From assembly GCA_903891505.1 (NCBI GenBank), contig CAITEO010000031.1, positions 1 to 50,108 on the forward strand: a stretch of DNA of 50,108 nt, written 5' to 3'. The stretch is from an uncultured Candidatus Woesearchaeota archaeon (lineage in GTDB: Archaea > Nanobdellota > Nanobdellia > Woesearchaeales > 21-14-0-10-32-9). Shown here piece after piece: positions 1 to 8,308 of this stretch (position 1 is its first letter; the number at the start of each line of letters is the position of its first letter). A program made the translations under genes and the position numbers. The notes under the pieces were generated by a model, which made no database searches, was not told the origin of the DNA, and saw only the letters and a program-made list of their open reading frames with translations.

Positions 1-83
1 GCGCCATAACTGTTGGATACAACGAATTATCAACTGTAGAAAATTATATCAAAAACCAAGTTGAGCATCATGCGTCTGCCTAG
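1..83 (+). CDS. tnpA: IS200/IS605-family Y1 (HUH) transposase TnpA, C-terminal fragment; the 5' part lies outside the window
   Basis: Reading from base 3 gives AITVGYNELSTVENYIKNQVEHHASA with the stop at 81-83. The TVG...ENYIKNQ segment looks like the catalytic-Tyr helix at the C-terminus of IS200 TnpA. It parallels SVGNVTAEAIKNYIAQS at 28780-28830. A matching end hairpin follows. Confidence 0.55.
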   Translation, partial: AITVGYNELSTVENYIKNQVEHHASA

Positions 84-86
84 ATA

Positions 87-107
87 CCCCGACCTTTAGG
101 TCGCGGG
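87..107 (+). repeat. IS200/IS605-like right-end hairpin (CCCCGACC-TTTA-GGTCGCGGG, one bulge)
   Basis: AGATACCCCGACCTTTAGGTCGCGGGAG at 84-109 closely matches AGATACCCCGCCCTTTAGGGCGGGGAG at 28864-28890, the 3' end of the second tnpA copy. Confidence 0.6.
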
Positions 108-131
108 AGTAGGTCATTTGGAAGCATTGCA

Positions 132-575
132 GTGCCTTACTTGTTTCATATTCTTAGTATGAATGGAAATATGTTCCTTCCAATTTACTTCTTTGTATTA
201 ATTTGTGCATACAAGTATGGCTGGAAACTCGGACTTCTTGTCGCCTTAGCGTCGCCGATTGTTAATTACTTGGCCACTGGAATGCCTTCCATTACGATAT
301 TGTGGACTGTTTTGCTAAAAGGTGTGGCGCTCGCAATTATAGCGTCCATTGTTGCAATCGGAACTAAAAAAATTTCAATTACGAATATGGCTATCATAGT
401 TGCTTGTTATCAAGTCATCGGCGTGGTTGTTGTGCTCGCAATTACAGGAAATGTTTTACTTGCCACGTCTGATGTCATAATAGGTTATCTTGGTTTGATT
501 ATGGAATTAATTTTTGGATATTTAGTTCTATATCTATTAACTACACATAGAAAAACTGATGTGGTTGTAAATTAG
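132..575 (+). CDS. hypothetical integral membrane protein (about 5 TM helices)
   Basis: 147-aa ORF that is hydrophobic throughout. GTG start, with in-frame ATG alternatives at 159 and 171. No diagnostic motif recognised. Confidence 0.5.
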   Translation: MPYLFHILSMNGNMFLPIYFFVLICAYKYGWKLGLLVALASPIVNYLATGMPSITILWTVLLKGVALAIIASIVAIGTKKISITNMAIIVACYQVIGVVVVLAITGNVLLATSDVIIGYLGLIMELIFGYLVLYLLTTHRKTDVVVN

Positions 576-614
576 CAAAACAGCAAAATACTGTGAAAAA
601 CTAAAAAATTAAAA

Positions 615-653
615 GTATAATTAAAACTTATAATTAAGAATTATAATTAAGAA
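615..653 (+). promoter_or_regulatory. three tandem 13-bp TATA-like units (GTATAATTAAAAC, TTATAATTAAGAA, TTATAATTAAGAA) upstream of the PRTase gene
   Basis: Perfect 13-bp tandem duplication at 628-640 and 641-653, plus a diverged copy at 615-627. The units end 14 nt before the ATG at 667. Confidence 0.4.
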
Positions 654-666
654 ATATTCTAATAAA

Positions 667-1134
667 ATGGAAACCAACATATCAACTACTAACGAGTCAA
701 CTACAGGCACTTCAAATACTAGCACATTGCCTGCAGATGTGTTGCCTAAATCTATGCAGGAAATAAAAAATAAAATAAAATCTTTGAATATAGATGAAGA
801 TTTTGATATAATTGTGGCCATTGCAAATGGAGGAATAATTCCTGCCGCACTTCTAAATCAGAAATTAAACAAAAGAATAGAATTGCTCTACATAAATAGA
901 CGAGATGAAAACAACAATGTAGTTTATGAAACGCCGAAACTTTTAAGTTCCCTGAATTTTGAGGTAAAAAATAAAAGAATATTGCTTGTTGATGATAGAA
1001 ATAAAACGGGAACGACGCTAAATTATGCTAAATCTTTGCTAAAAGGCGCAAAAGTTGTTAAAACGTTTGTTGTTAATGGGCAAGCTGACTATAATTTGTA
1101 CGATGAAGCTTGTTTCAAATTTCCCTGGAAGTAA
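667..1134 (+). CDS. type I phosphoribosyltransferase (purine/xanthine-guanine PRTase-like)
   Basis: RILLVDDRNKTGTTL is the PRPP-binding loop. IVAIANGGIIPAA lies upstream of it. The N-terminus is a low-complexity Thr/Ser/Asn tail. Confidence 0.8.
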   Translation: METNISTTNESTTGTSNTSTLPADVLPKSMQEIKNKIKSLNIDEDFDIIVAIANGGIIPAALLNQKLNKRIELLYINRRDENNNVVYETPKLLSSLNFEVKNKRILLVDDRNKTGTTLNYAKSLLKGAKVVKTFVVNGQADYNLYDEACFKFPWK

Positions 1135-1248
1135 TTGGTGAAAAAATCTAATGTTGTTGATTTATTCAAAGAGGCTACGATCTTTTCTATCTCGCTAGAA
1201 TCATGATGTCTTTTGTAGGAATTGTTTTGTATGAATTGGATTCGCTAA

Positions 1249-1779
1249 TTATTTCATAATGCAAGTTATTTCATAATCTTTTACGTCGAGCACAGATCTG
1301 TATCCTTGTGCGATGCTATCATCTATTATGTAGAGAACCACTGTTACTGTAACTGTGTTTCCGAGTACTTTTATTGCTGACGGGCTCATGTCTTTTATAA
1401 CATGAGTCCAAGTTGTGCTCTCAGATTGGTCGATGTCTCTTTCACAACCAATTTCAGAGGGGAATGGAGTCCATGCAGGGCATTCTGTTGCTGTTGTTCC
1501 AGTTGACGGATTGTTTGAGAATGTGATGCGTGCGCCGCTGCTTGCATGAACCTCGCCCTTCATATCAACTCTATAAACATGATTTCCGTATGGATCAACG
1601 CTATCTACGCAAGATCCGAATTCAACTGTTATATTTCCTGAATATTTAGGTGCTGGCTCTGTGTAGTTCGAGGGTTGTTGATTTGTGCTAGAGAGTAATT
1701 CTTGATAGTGATTTGTGCATCCACAAAGTAAGATAATTGAGAAGAACAACAAGCATACAAAAAGCAGTTTTTGTTTCAT
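1249..1779 (-). CDS. hypothetical secreted lipoprotein-like protein
   Basis: The N-terminus MKQKLLFVCLLFFSIILLCGC is a signal peptide with a lipobox-like LCGC. The remainder is hydrophilic and matches no known motif. Confidence 0.55.
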   Translation of the reverse strand: MKQKLLFVCLLFFSIILLCGCTNHYQELLSSTNQQPSNYTEPAPKYSGNITVEFGSCVDSVDPYGNHVYRVDMKGEVHASSGARITFSNNPSTGTTATECPAWTPFPSEIGCERDIDQSESTTWTHVIKDMSPSAIKVLGNTVTVTVVLYIIDDSIAQGYRSVLDVKDYEITCIMK

Positions 1780-2181
1780 ATTGCCTTCTTAGGCATTCAA
1801 TTATAAATAATTTTTCTTTTTAGTAGTATCAGCCATTCATTATCAGCATCATAATATCAATAAATATCCATAAGAAGTAAGTTAGGTAGATTTTCAAGAC
1901 TACTTTTTGTTGTATGTGTTGACCACATCTAATCAACTATAGAACAAATTAGTTTGGAATCATTTCCTGCGTAGAAGAACACTTAAATATATTGCATTAG
2001 GCTCATTATCATCTACAATCCATACTAAAGGTTTTTTGTTTTTCAATTATTCTCCATTTTCAATTATTTTCCAATTAGTACTGTGAATGGGATCTACTTT
2101 ATACAACTTGTGCACGACAAGAATTTAGACGAGCGGCGGTTGGATTAGGCCATATTTAGTCATATCTGCGTTAAAGAAACA

Positions 2182-2188
2182 TTTATAA
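2182..2188 (+). promoter_or_regulatory. TATA-like box (TTTATAA) for the 4Fe-4S protein gene
   Basis: Lies 24-30 nt upstream of the ATG at 2212. This spacing fits an archaeal promoter with a very short leader. Confidence 0.35.
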
Positions 2189-2211
2189 CATAAAATTATT
2201 TGTGAGATCAT

Positions 2212-3636
2212 ATGGGCCATATTACTCCAAAGAGTTATTACGATTTACAAAATCGTTTAAACAAAGCACCTCAAGGAGCGCCAGCGACAGATACATTGTT
2301 CAAAATACTTGAGATTTTATTCACGGAAAAAGAAGCAAAGCTAGTTTCTGTGTTGCCCATAAATTTCTTCACATCAAAAAAAGCGGCAAAGATTTGGCAT
2401 ATGCCGTTGCATGATGCAAAGAAAGTGCTAAATGATCTTGCAGACAAGGGTCTTTTGCTTGATTTGCGTGATGGAAAGACTCAATCGTACGTCTTGGCGC
2501 CTACGATGGCAGGGTTCTTCGAGTTCTCACTTATGCGTACAGATGGAAAATTCGATAGAAAAGTTTTATCTGAATTATTTTATCAGTACATGAACGTAGA
2601 GGATGATTTTTTAAGGGAAGTATTAGGTCTTGATCCTTCAATTGTTCGAACTTTTGTTCATGAAGGTACACTTCAAGCAAAGGACGAGTCTATAATTCTT
2701 GATTACGAGCGTGCGTCAAAGGTTATTGATACAGCTAGCTGTATAACTGTCGGGACTTGTTATTGCAGGCATAAAATGGAACATGTTGGCAAGGCGTGCG
2801 ATATGCCTCAAGATGTTTGTTTGACGTTCAATAGCACTGCAGCAAGTCTTGCGAAGCACAACATCGCAAAGGAGATAACAAAACCTGAGGCTCACGAAAT
2901 ACTCGACAAATGTGTTAACTTAGGACTTGTACAGATAGGGGATAACGTCCAGGATGGAGTTAATTTTATTTGCAACTGTTGTTCTTGTTGCTGCGAAGCG
3001 TTGCTTGCGTACAAGAAATTAAACTACAAGATGCACATGCAAAGCAACTTCGAAGCGCACGTAGATAATGAAAAATGCACGCTATGTGGTGTGTGCATAA
3101 AACGATGTCCTGTTGGAGCAATTCACTTCAAGAAAAACGTCGAGGGTGTCGTTGATAAAACTGTTGAAAGAAATAGTGAAAAAAATAGCGAGAGGAAAAT
3201 TATAAAGAACGTTGTGTCTAATAACGAAGCTGACGTCAAATTAGAAAAAACAATCTCAATAGTAATCGATCAAAACATCTGTATTGGTTGCGGTGTTTGC
3301 ACAAGATTCTGCAAGAGTTCATCACTTGTCATGGAGAGACGACGCGAAACACAATTCACACCTAAAGATTCATTTGAGAGGATTGTGATAACGGCGATTA
3401 ACAATGGAAAATTACAGAACTTAATATTTGATAATCGTAATTTGTGGACGCATAGAATGCTTAGGCGGTTAATCCAAATAATATTTTCATTAAAACCAGC
3501 GAAGAGAATTCTTGCAACAAATCAGTTGCAATCAAGGTTCATAAATCGTATGGCAAAAGCGTATGGTGTAACATTCAATAAACTCTTCAGGCACGACAAA
3601 ATTCCTGATTATTCACATCAGGAATTAAAAAAGTGA
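2212..3636 (+). CDS. 4Fe-4S dicluster domain protein with an extra Cys-rich cluster
   Basis: Two ferredoxin-type motifs, CTLCGVCIKRCP and CIGCGVCTRFC. A CNCCSCCCE cysteine cluster and CYCRHK lie upstream of them. Confidence 0.8.
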   Translation: MGHITPKSYYDLQNRLNKAPQGAPATDTLFKILEILFTEKEAKLVSVLPINFFTSKKAAKIWHMPLHDAKKVLNDLADKGLLLDLRDGKTQSYVLAPTMAGFFEFSLMRTDGKFDRKVLSELFYQYMNVEDDFLREVLGLDPSIVRTFVHEGTLQAKDESIILDYERASKVIDTASCITVGTCYCRHKMEHVGKACDMPQDVCLTFNSTAASLAKHNIAKEITKPEAHEILDKCVNLGLVQIGDNVQDGVNFICNCCSCCCEALLAYKKLNYKMHMQSNFEAHVDNEKCTLCGVCIKRCPVGAIHFKKNVEGVVDKTVERNSEKNSERKIIKNVVSNNEADVKLEKTISIVIDQNICIGCGVCTRFCKSSSLVMERRRETQFTPKDSFERIVITAINNGKLQNLIFDNRNLWTHRMLRRLIQIIFSLKPAKRILATNQLQSRFINRMAKAYGVTFNKLFRHDKIPDYSHQELKK

Positions 3637-3781
3637 ATGTGGGTTAATATGAGTTGAAACCAGAGTCTTCTTTATTCTTCCTGAAATTCACGTATAATTT
3701 CTTAAGTGAGGGATTACGTTGTCCAGTTAGTTCATTTAGTTCTTTTCTTTGTATATTATAGAAAATATTTATAAAATATAG

Positions 3782-4522
3782 TTGATTGAGTTATTTGTGG
3801 AACATAAACCTGTGTTAATCATAATTGGTCCGACTTGTGTTGGAAAAACATCTGTGGCGTTTGAAGTGGCCAGAAGAATGGGTGGAGAAGTAATAAATCT
3901 AGATAAAATGTTTCTTTTTAGACATTTTCCAATTAGCAGCGGTCTTGCGGATACACAAAAAGAAAGAGATGTTAAAAAATATTTGTATGAATTATTGGAG
4001 CCAGACGAACCTATAATTCCACCAATGAAATATGTTGAAATGATTAAAGATAAAATAAATATTATCTTAGCTAAGGGACGTTTGCCGATTATAGAAGGAG
4101 GATCTACTACTTATGCTCCTCTGCTCCTAGAGGAAAATAAAAAATCAAGTTTTTGCAGTTTAGTTATAGGTCTTAAATTCCCGCCATCTTTTGATGTTAG
4201 GAAAAAAATATTGCAAAGAGTAGATCTTTCTATAAATGAGGGCTTAATCTCGGAGGTTGAATCTAACCTAGTAGTTTACAGAAACACTTTTATTATGCAA
4301 AATGCATACTTTGTTGTTCCTATAGTAAAATACTTAGATAAAAAAATAAGCCTGAAATCTGCAAAAGAAGAAATTGCGGATTTATGTGTTAATTATGTTC
4401 AGGTTCAAATGGAACTTTTTGAGAAATATAGAGGAATAAAGTGGTTAGACTATGAGCAGAATTTATTTTCTGAAACAGTAAGTGCAATTATGTCTGAAGT
4501 AAATAATTTTCATTCATCCTGA
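3782..4522 (+). CDS. isopentenyltransferase of the MiaA / Tzs-IPT P-loop superfamily (short form, 246 aa)
   Basis: The P-loop IIIGPTCVGKTSVA is followed by EVINLDKM and RLPIIEGGSTTY, which aligns with the N-terminal half of MiaA and Tzs. The TTG start at 3782 sits only about 6 nt after a TATA-like box (3768-3776). GTG at 3797 (VEHKPVLIIIGPT) is a plausible leaderless start. Confidence 0.7.
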   Translation: MIELFVEHKPVLIIIGPTCVGKTSVAFEVARRMGGEVINLDKMFLFRHFPISSGLADTQKERDVKKYLYELLEPDEPIIPPMKYVEMIKDKINIILAKGRLPIIEGGSTTYAPLLLEENKKSSFCSLVIGLKFPPSFDVRKKILQRVDLSINEGLISEVESNLVVYRNTFIMQNAYFVVPIVKYLDKKISLKSAKEEIADLCVNYVQVQMELFEKYRGIKWLDYEQNLFSETVSAIMSEVNNFHSS

Positions 4523-6738
4523 AATTCTAGAAGTATTTTGTGTGCAACATCTTGGCACGTTTGATATAATTTATCTGGAATGTATTTTTTGAATTTTGGT
4601 GTTAATGTTCCAGGATAACTTGCTATCGTATCTGAGTATTTAATACAGTCTTCTTTGCTCTCGCCTGCGCTATAGCCTTTTATGATTGCGTCTGTTCCAG
4701 ATTTTCGTATCTCTACGAATTTATTTGTAAATTCGAAGTATGTTCCATCTCCGACGAAAGATGCGCTCAACAGATTGCTAAAATCAAGTGCTGGAAGTGC
4801 TTCGCCAAGTATTTCTTTTGTTTCGGCAAGGTTTATCTTCTTCGCATGGTTTGCAAAAGCGATACTCAGGAAGAAGTTATCAGTTAAATCTCGTTGTATC
4901 TCTCCTTGTTTCATTGTTTCTTTTAGTTTTGTTGGATTAGGTTCGCTTTCGTTGTAGAATCTTATGTCTTTTCTGAAATCGAATCGTTTGTTTATTGCAT
5001 GTTCATTGAATACTATTTCAAGTTCATCGGAGAGAAGTTTTTTCTCAAGATAAAGTTTTGCAGCAAGTGCAGTTACGAGTATTGATGCTTCGCCTGCACT
5101 CTTCTCTCGCATGGCAATTGCGCATCGTCCTTTTTTGCTATTTATTAGTTCTTCTGGGCCTGTTATCATTCCGCCGCTCTCTTCACCTGCAAATAGAAGT
5201 CTTGGTTCGACGCCGAGATTTATTTTGTTTCCAAATACATCTTTAATGACGACGTTCGATTTTGGATGTTTTGTTATTTGTTTCTCGACTTTTTTCATGA
5301 TGCTTGCGATTTCTTTGAATCCGACAGGGGTACAAATTACGTTGACGCCTGTTTTCTTTGCCCATTCTCGCCAGCTGGCGCTCGATGCTGTTGTTGTTAT
5401 AATAAATCTTGGATGCGTATTCCATTCGCCTGATTCTTTGAGTTGTTTAGCGTGGAAGTTCATGATTAACAGGAATGCTTGGTTTGGCGTGTAGTATGCA
5501 AGAATTTTGTTCTTTGACAACGTTATGTATTCTACGCCAAGTGCATCTAGTTTTTTCTTTCTCGAAGCAGATTCTACTTGTGCAAGAACAATTCTATCTC
5601 CATCAGGATCGACCATGATTATGAAATAACCTGCTTGTTTCTTTGCAAGTAATTTTTCATAGCCAAGAGTTTGGACGACTTCGCGCATTGTTGTATCGCA
5701 GCCATAGTCGAAGAATTCTTTTTTCTTTGTAACTGGGTTTAGAAGAGTTTTTCCTACGCCGTGAAAGAACGGATCGCATTCTGTGTTGTTCCAAATGAAT
5801 GTCTTTTCTATTTCAAGTTTTTTCATTATTGGAAGCATGACATCGTACATACATCCACCTAAGCATTCATACATTATTTCAAAATTATTTTTTTTGTTTT
5901 TCTGATCTATTTTTTTCTGATTTGTTTGGTTCAGAGCGGCGTGTATTAGTTTTATGTTTGTGTTTGTTGCGACGCCGCGCCTCAAGTATTCTACGTATGA
6001 GTTCGTTCCATCCGCGTCTTGCATTATCATCGGCGTGTTGTTCTCTGAGAATTCGAGGTCATATCCTTTCTTTTCAGCTTCGTCTAATATTTCTTGTAAT
6101 TTGTTGACGAATTTGGCTGAGAGTAATGGTGTGAATTGACTTCCTTCAGAGTCGAGATCTTTTGTCGCGATTTTGCTACTAATCGCGTGACTGCTAGTTA
6201 CGTATTCTCCGCCGTCGTAATCGTTCATGAATGTTAGAAACGAAGTCATCCAAATCGATGTTTTTTGTTTGTTTGCAGGAGTGTGAGTGATTATTCCTTC
6301 TGCTGATTGTACTCTTGTGATGATGTTTATGTATTCATTTGTATTGTATCTTACTTCTCCTGCGCAAATCTTGTGGATTGTTTTTTTCTTGAGTGTTTCT
6401 TTTAGAACTTTAGCTTTAGCAACTGTTGCAAGTGTAACGCCGAGTTCATTCAAACGAAATCTTGTGTCCTGTGGATAGAGAACGTTTTGTGTTCCGCGAA
6501 CGCCTGCAGTTGAAACAAGCACTTCTTTTTTATAATTCAAGAACCATTCGCGAAGATTGTATTTTTCAACGAGCTCTTTTGTAAGTCTTAATTTGAACGC
6601 AGAAGGATTACTAAGATCAAATATTTTGTTTTGCTTTATTTCTTGAGGAGTATTCTTTTCAATGCTCGAAAGATATTCTTTTTTCAAGAGAGCTATCTCT
6701 TTCCCTCGAACATCCTCAGATCTAGTAAGTTTTCTCAT
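4510..6738 (-). CDS. alpha-D-phosphohexomutase superfamily protein, unusually long (742 aa) and divergent
   Basis: Four family motifs occur in canonical order. They are TSSH (catalytic Ser region), VDPDGDR (Mg site), GEESGG (sugar loop) and RKSGTD (phosphate loop). Confidence 0.75.
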   Translation of the reverse strand: MRKLTRSEDVRGKEIALLKKEYLSSIEKNTPQEIKQNKIFDLSNPSAFKLRLTKELVEKYNLREWFLNYKKEVLVSTAGVRGTQNVLYPQDTRFRLNELGVTLATVAKAKVLKETLKKKTIHKICAGEVRYNTNEYINIITRVQSAEGIITHTPANKQKTSIWMTSFLTFMNDYDGGEYVTSSHAISSKIATKDLDSEGSQFTPLLSAKFVNKLQEILDEAEKKGYDLEFSENNTPMIMQDADGTNSYVEYLRRGVATNTNIKLIHAALNQTNQKKIDQKNKKNNFEIMYECLGGCMYDVMLPIMKKLEIEKTFIWNNTECDPFFHGVGKTLLNPVTKKKEFFDYGCDTTMREVVQTLGYEKLLAKKQAGYFIIMVDPDGDRIVLAQVESASRKKKLDALGVEYITLSKNKILAYYTPNQAFLLIMNFHAKQLKESGEWNTHPRFIITTTASSASWREWAKKTGVNVICTPVGFKEIASIMKKVEKQITKHPKSNVVIKDVFGNKINLGVEPRLLFAGEESGGMITGPEELINSKKGRCAIAMREKSAGEASILVTALAAKLYLEKKLLSDELEIVFNEHAINKRFDFRKDIRFYNESEPNPTKLKETMKQGEIQRDLTDNFFLSIAFANHAKKINLAETKEILGEALPALDFSNLLSASFVGDGTYFEFTNKFVEIRKSGTDAIIKGYSAGESKEDCIKYSDTIASYPGTLTPKFKKYIPDKLYQTCQDVAHKILLEFQDE

Positions 6739-6853
6739 GCCTCTTTCTAACTGTGTTATCCTGTTATACGTTTATATAATTTTCCCCTAATGTTCTAATC
6801 TATTCGTACCTAAACATAGGGTCGCTAAAGCTCTCGACATTGAGATGTTCATC

Positions 6854-8089
6854 TTACTCATACCTAAGTGCGTCCACTGGTTTTAATTTGGATGCGCGGT
6901 ATGCAGGGATTGCTCCGGCAAGTATTCCTATTACGACAGATACACCTATGGCGAGAAATACTGAGTTCAATGAGACGAGCGTTCCGCCTCGTAGCATTCC
7001 TGTTTCGCCCATAAGAACGGGCAAGAGGCCGGATAAGACTATTCCGAACATGATTCCTATGATGCCGCCTACTAGGCCGATGAGGGCTGAGTTCATGAGG
7101 AATATGGATAGGACATCTTTGTTTCTTGCGCCTATTGCTTTCATAATTCCAATTTCTTTTGTTTTTTCAAGAACAGATGTAAACATGGTGTTTGCGACGC
7201 CAACTGCGCCTACAATAAGTGAGACTGCCGCGATTGCGAGCAGGAAATTATTCATCGTTGACATCATTGCAGATCTTGTTGCTTGCATTTGTTTGCTTGA
7301 TGTAAGTGAGAAGTCTGGTTTTTTTGCAGTTACATGACGTACAGCTATTAGCTTAGCCGTGGTTTTATTTATTGTCGCATCAAGTTGACTTTCATCTTTT
7401 ACTTTTATAACAATAGAATCGTACACTCCTGTTGTTTTGTCTGTGATTTCTTGATATGCCATATTTATTGGCATATAGATTCCGTTGCCTGTGTCGTCTA
7501 CTATTCCTACAACTCTAAATGCAGAACCTGAGATTGTTATCATTTGATTTATTCCAACAGGTTTACCAAAGTAATTATTTGCAAGACCGCCTTCTATTAC
7601 TACAACATTTTGATCTGCAGAATCTAGCATTCTTCCTTGTGCAATTGTAAGCGTAGTTATTTTACTCCAAACTGCAGGATCAACGCCAGTTAAGGAGACT
7701 TTTCCAGATTTGCCGAGATATGAAATGGTTACTGTTCCTCTAATTTCAGTATCTATTAATTTTAGGTCTGGCAGAGATTTTAGTGCTTGAACATCAGTTC
7801 GTGTGAGTTCTGGTGTTTTATTTGTAGCAGATGCGCCACCGCTTCCTCCACGATCGCCACCAGGGCCGAACATATTTCCTCCTCTTGACGCCCCTGCGCT
7901 TAAGGTCAATATGTCGCCACCCAAATTACCCATTTGATTGCTTACAACAGTTTGCATTCCACTGCTAATTGACATTATTGCTATAACTGATGCAACACCT
8001 ATTACTATTCCAAGTATGGTGAGCCAGCTTCTTATTTTGCTGTGCAAAACCATTTCGAATGCATGTTTCAAACATTTACGAAGTTTCAT
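6854..8089 (-). CDS. ABC transporter permease, MacB/FtsX family
   Basis: N-terminal TM helix, large extracytoplasmic domain and C-terminal three-TM FtsX-like bundle (KAIGARNKDVLSIFLMNSALIGLVGG). It sits in an operon with a MacB/LolD-type ATPase. Confidence 0.9.
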   Translation of the reverse strand: MKLRKCLKHAFEMVLHSKIRSWLTILGIVIGVASVIAIMSISSGMQTVVSNQMGNLGGDILTLSAGASRGGNMFGPGGDRGGSGGASATNKTPELTRTDVQALKSLPDLKLIDTEIRGTVTISYLGKSGKVSLTGVDPAVWSKITTLTIAQGRMLDSADQNVVVIEGGLANNYFGKPVGINQMITISGSAFRVVGIVDDTGNGIYMPINMAYQEITDKTTGVYDSIVIKVKDESQLDATINKTTAKLIAVRHVTAKKPDFSLTSSKQMQATRSAMMSTMNNFLLAIAAVSLIVGAVGVANTMFTSVLEKTKEIGIMKAIGARNKDVLSIFLMNSALIGLVGGIIGIMFGIVLSGLLPVLMGETGMLRGGTLVSLNSVFLAIGVSVVIGILAGAIPAYRASKLKPVDALRYE

Positions 8090-8123
8090 TTTTCAGGTCC
8101 TGTTTTATTTTAGTTGTAGTGTA

Positions 8124-8278
8124 AGAATTTGCCGTACGCCAACGGTTACGGTCGTTGGACCCAATTTGCGACATTCGCACTTTGTGCTCAGTCCCAAAGA
8201 CTGATGCGCTTGAGCGAAGCGAAACGCATAGGGCGTCAACGAGCGTACTGGTTGCGGAATGCCCGGTAGGCAAATTCT
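8124..8278. other. GC-rich 155-nt structured island (candidate ncRNA, possibly a 5S-like RNA with an insertion, or a MITE); strand unresolved
   Basis: A 10-bp terminal stem, AGAATTTGCC (8124-8133) with GGCAAATTCT (8269-8278), encloses at least four internal hairpins. Their coordinates are 8139-8158, 8167-8179, 8189-8203 and 8204-8229. The G+C content is locally much higher than in the flanks. Confidence 0.4.
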
Positions 8279-8308
8279 AACTAAGGTATTTCTTTCTACT
8301 CTTTCAGT

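Noticed and set aside
1780-2211. Long (432-bp) non-coding gap checked for an RNA gene or mobile remnant
   Set aside because: I saw only a 17-bp tandem duplication (TTTTCAATTATTCTCCA at 2040-2056, TTTTCAATTATTTTCCA at 2057-2073) and AT-rich DNA. No GC-rich stems, tRNA-like features or IS-end similarity were recognised.
6840-7337. 165-aa plus-strand ORF, with similar antisense ORFs at 9998..10591, 29530..30075, 4682..5494, 15798..16199, 42485..42913 and 24748..25122
   Set aside because: All lie fully inside well-supported genes on the opposite strand (ABC permease, ABC ATPase, NTase-HEPN, phosphohexomutase, pheS, platform protein and LTXXQ protein). They have skewed, low-complexity composition and look like shadow ORFs.
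7938-8273. ORFs 7938..8204 (plus strand) and 8076..8273 (minus strand) across the GC-rich island
   Set aside because: They are short, overlap the permease start, and exist only because the GC-rich structured segment lacks stop codons. They show no coding-like periodicity or motif.
8124-8278. tRNA gene, or a confident 5S rRNA call, for the GC-rich island
   Set aside because: I could find no cloverleaf, no T-loop (GTTCRANYC) and no acceptor/anticodon arrangement on either strand. The 5S-like motifs are partial. The 5' half is much too long and helix IV would be missing, so I report it only as a candidate and not as an rRNA feature.
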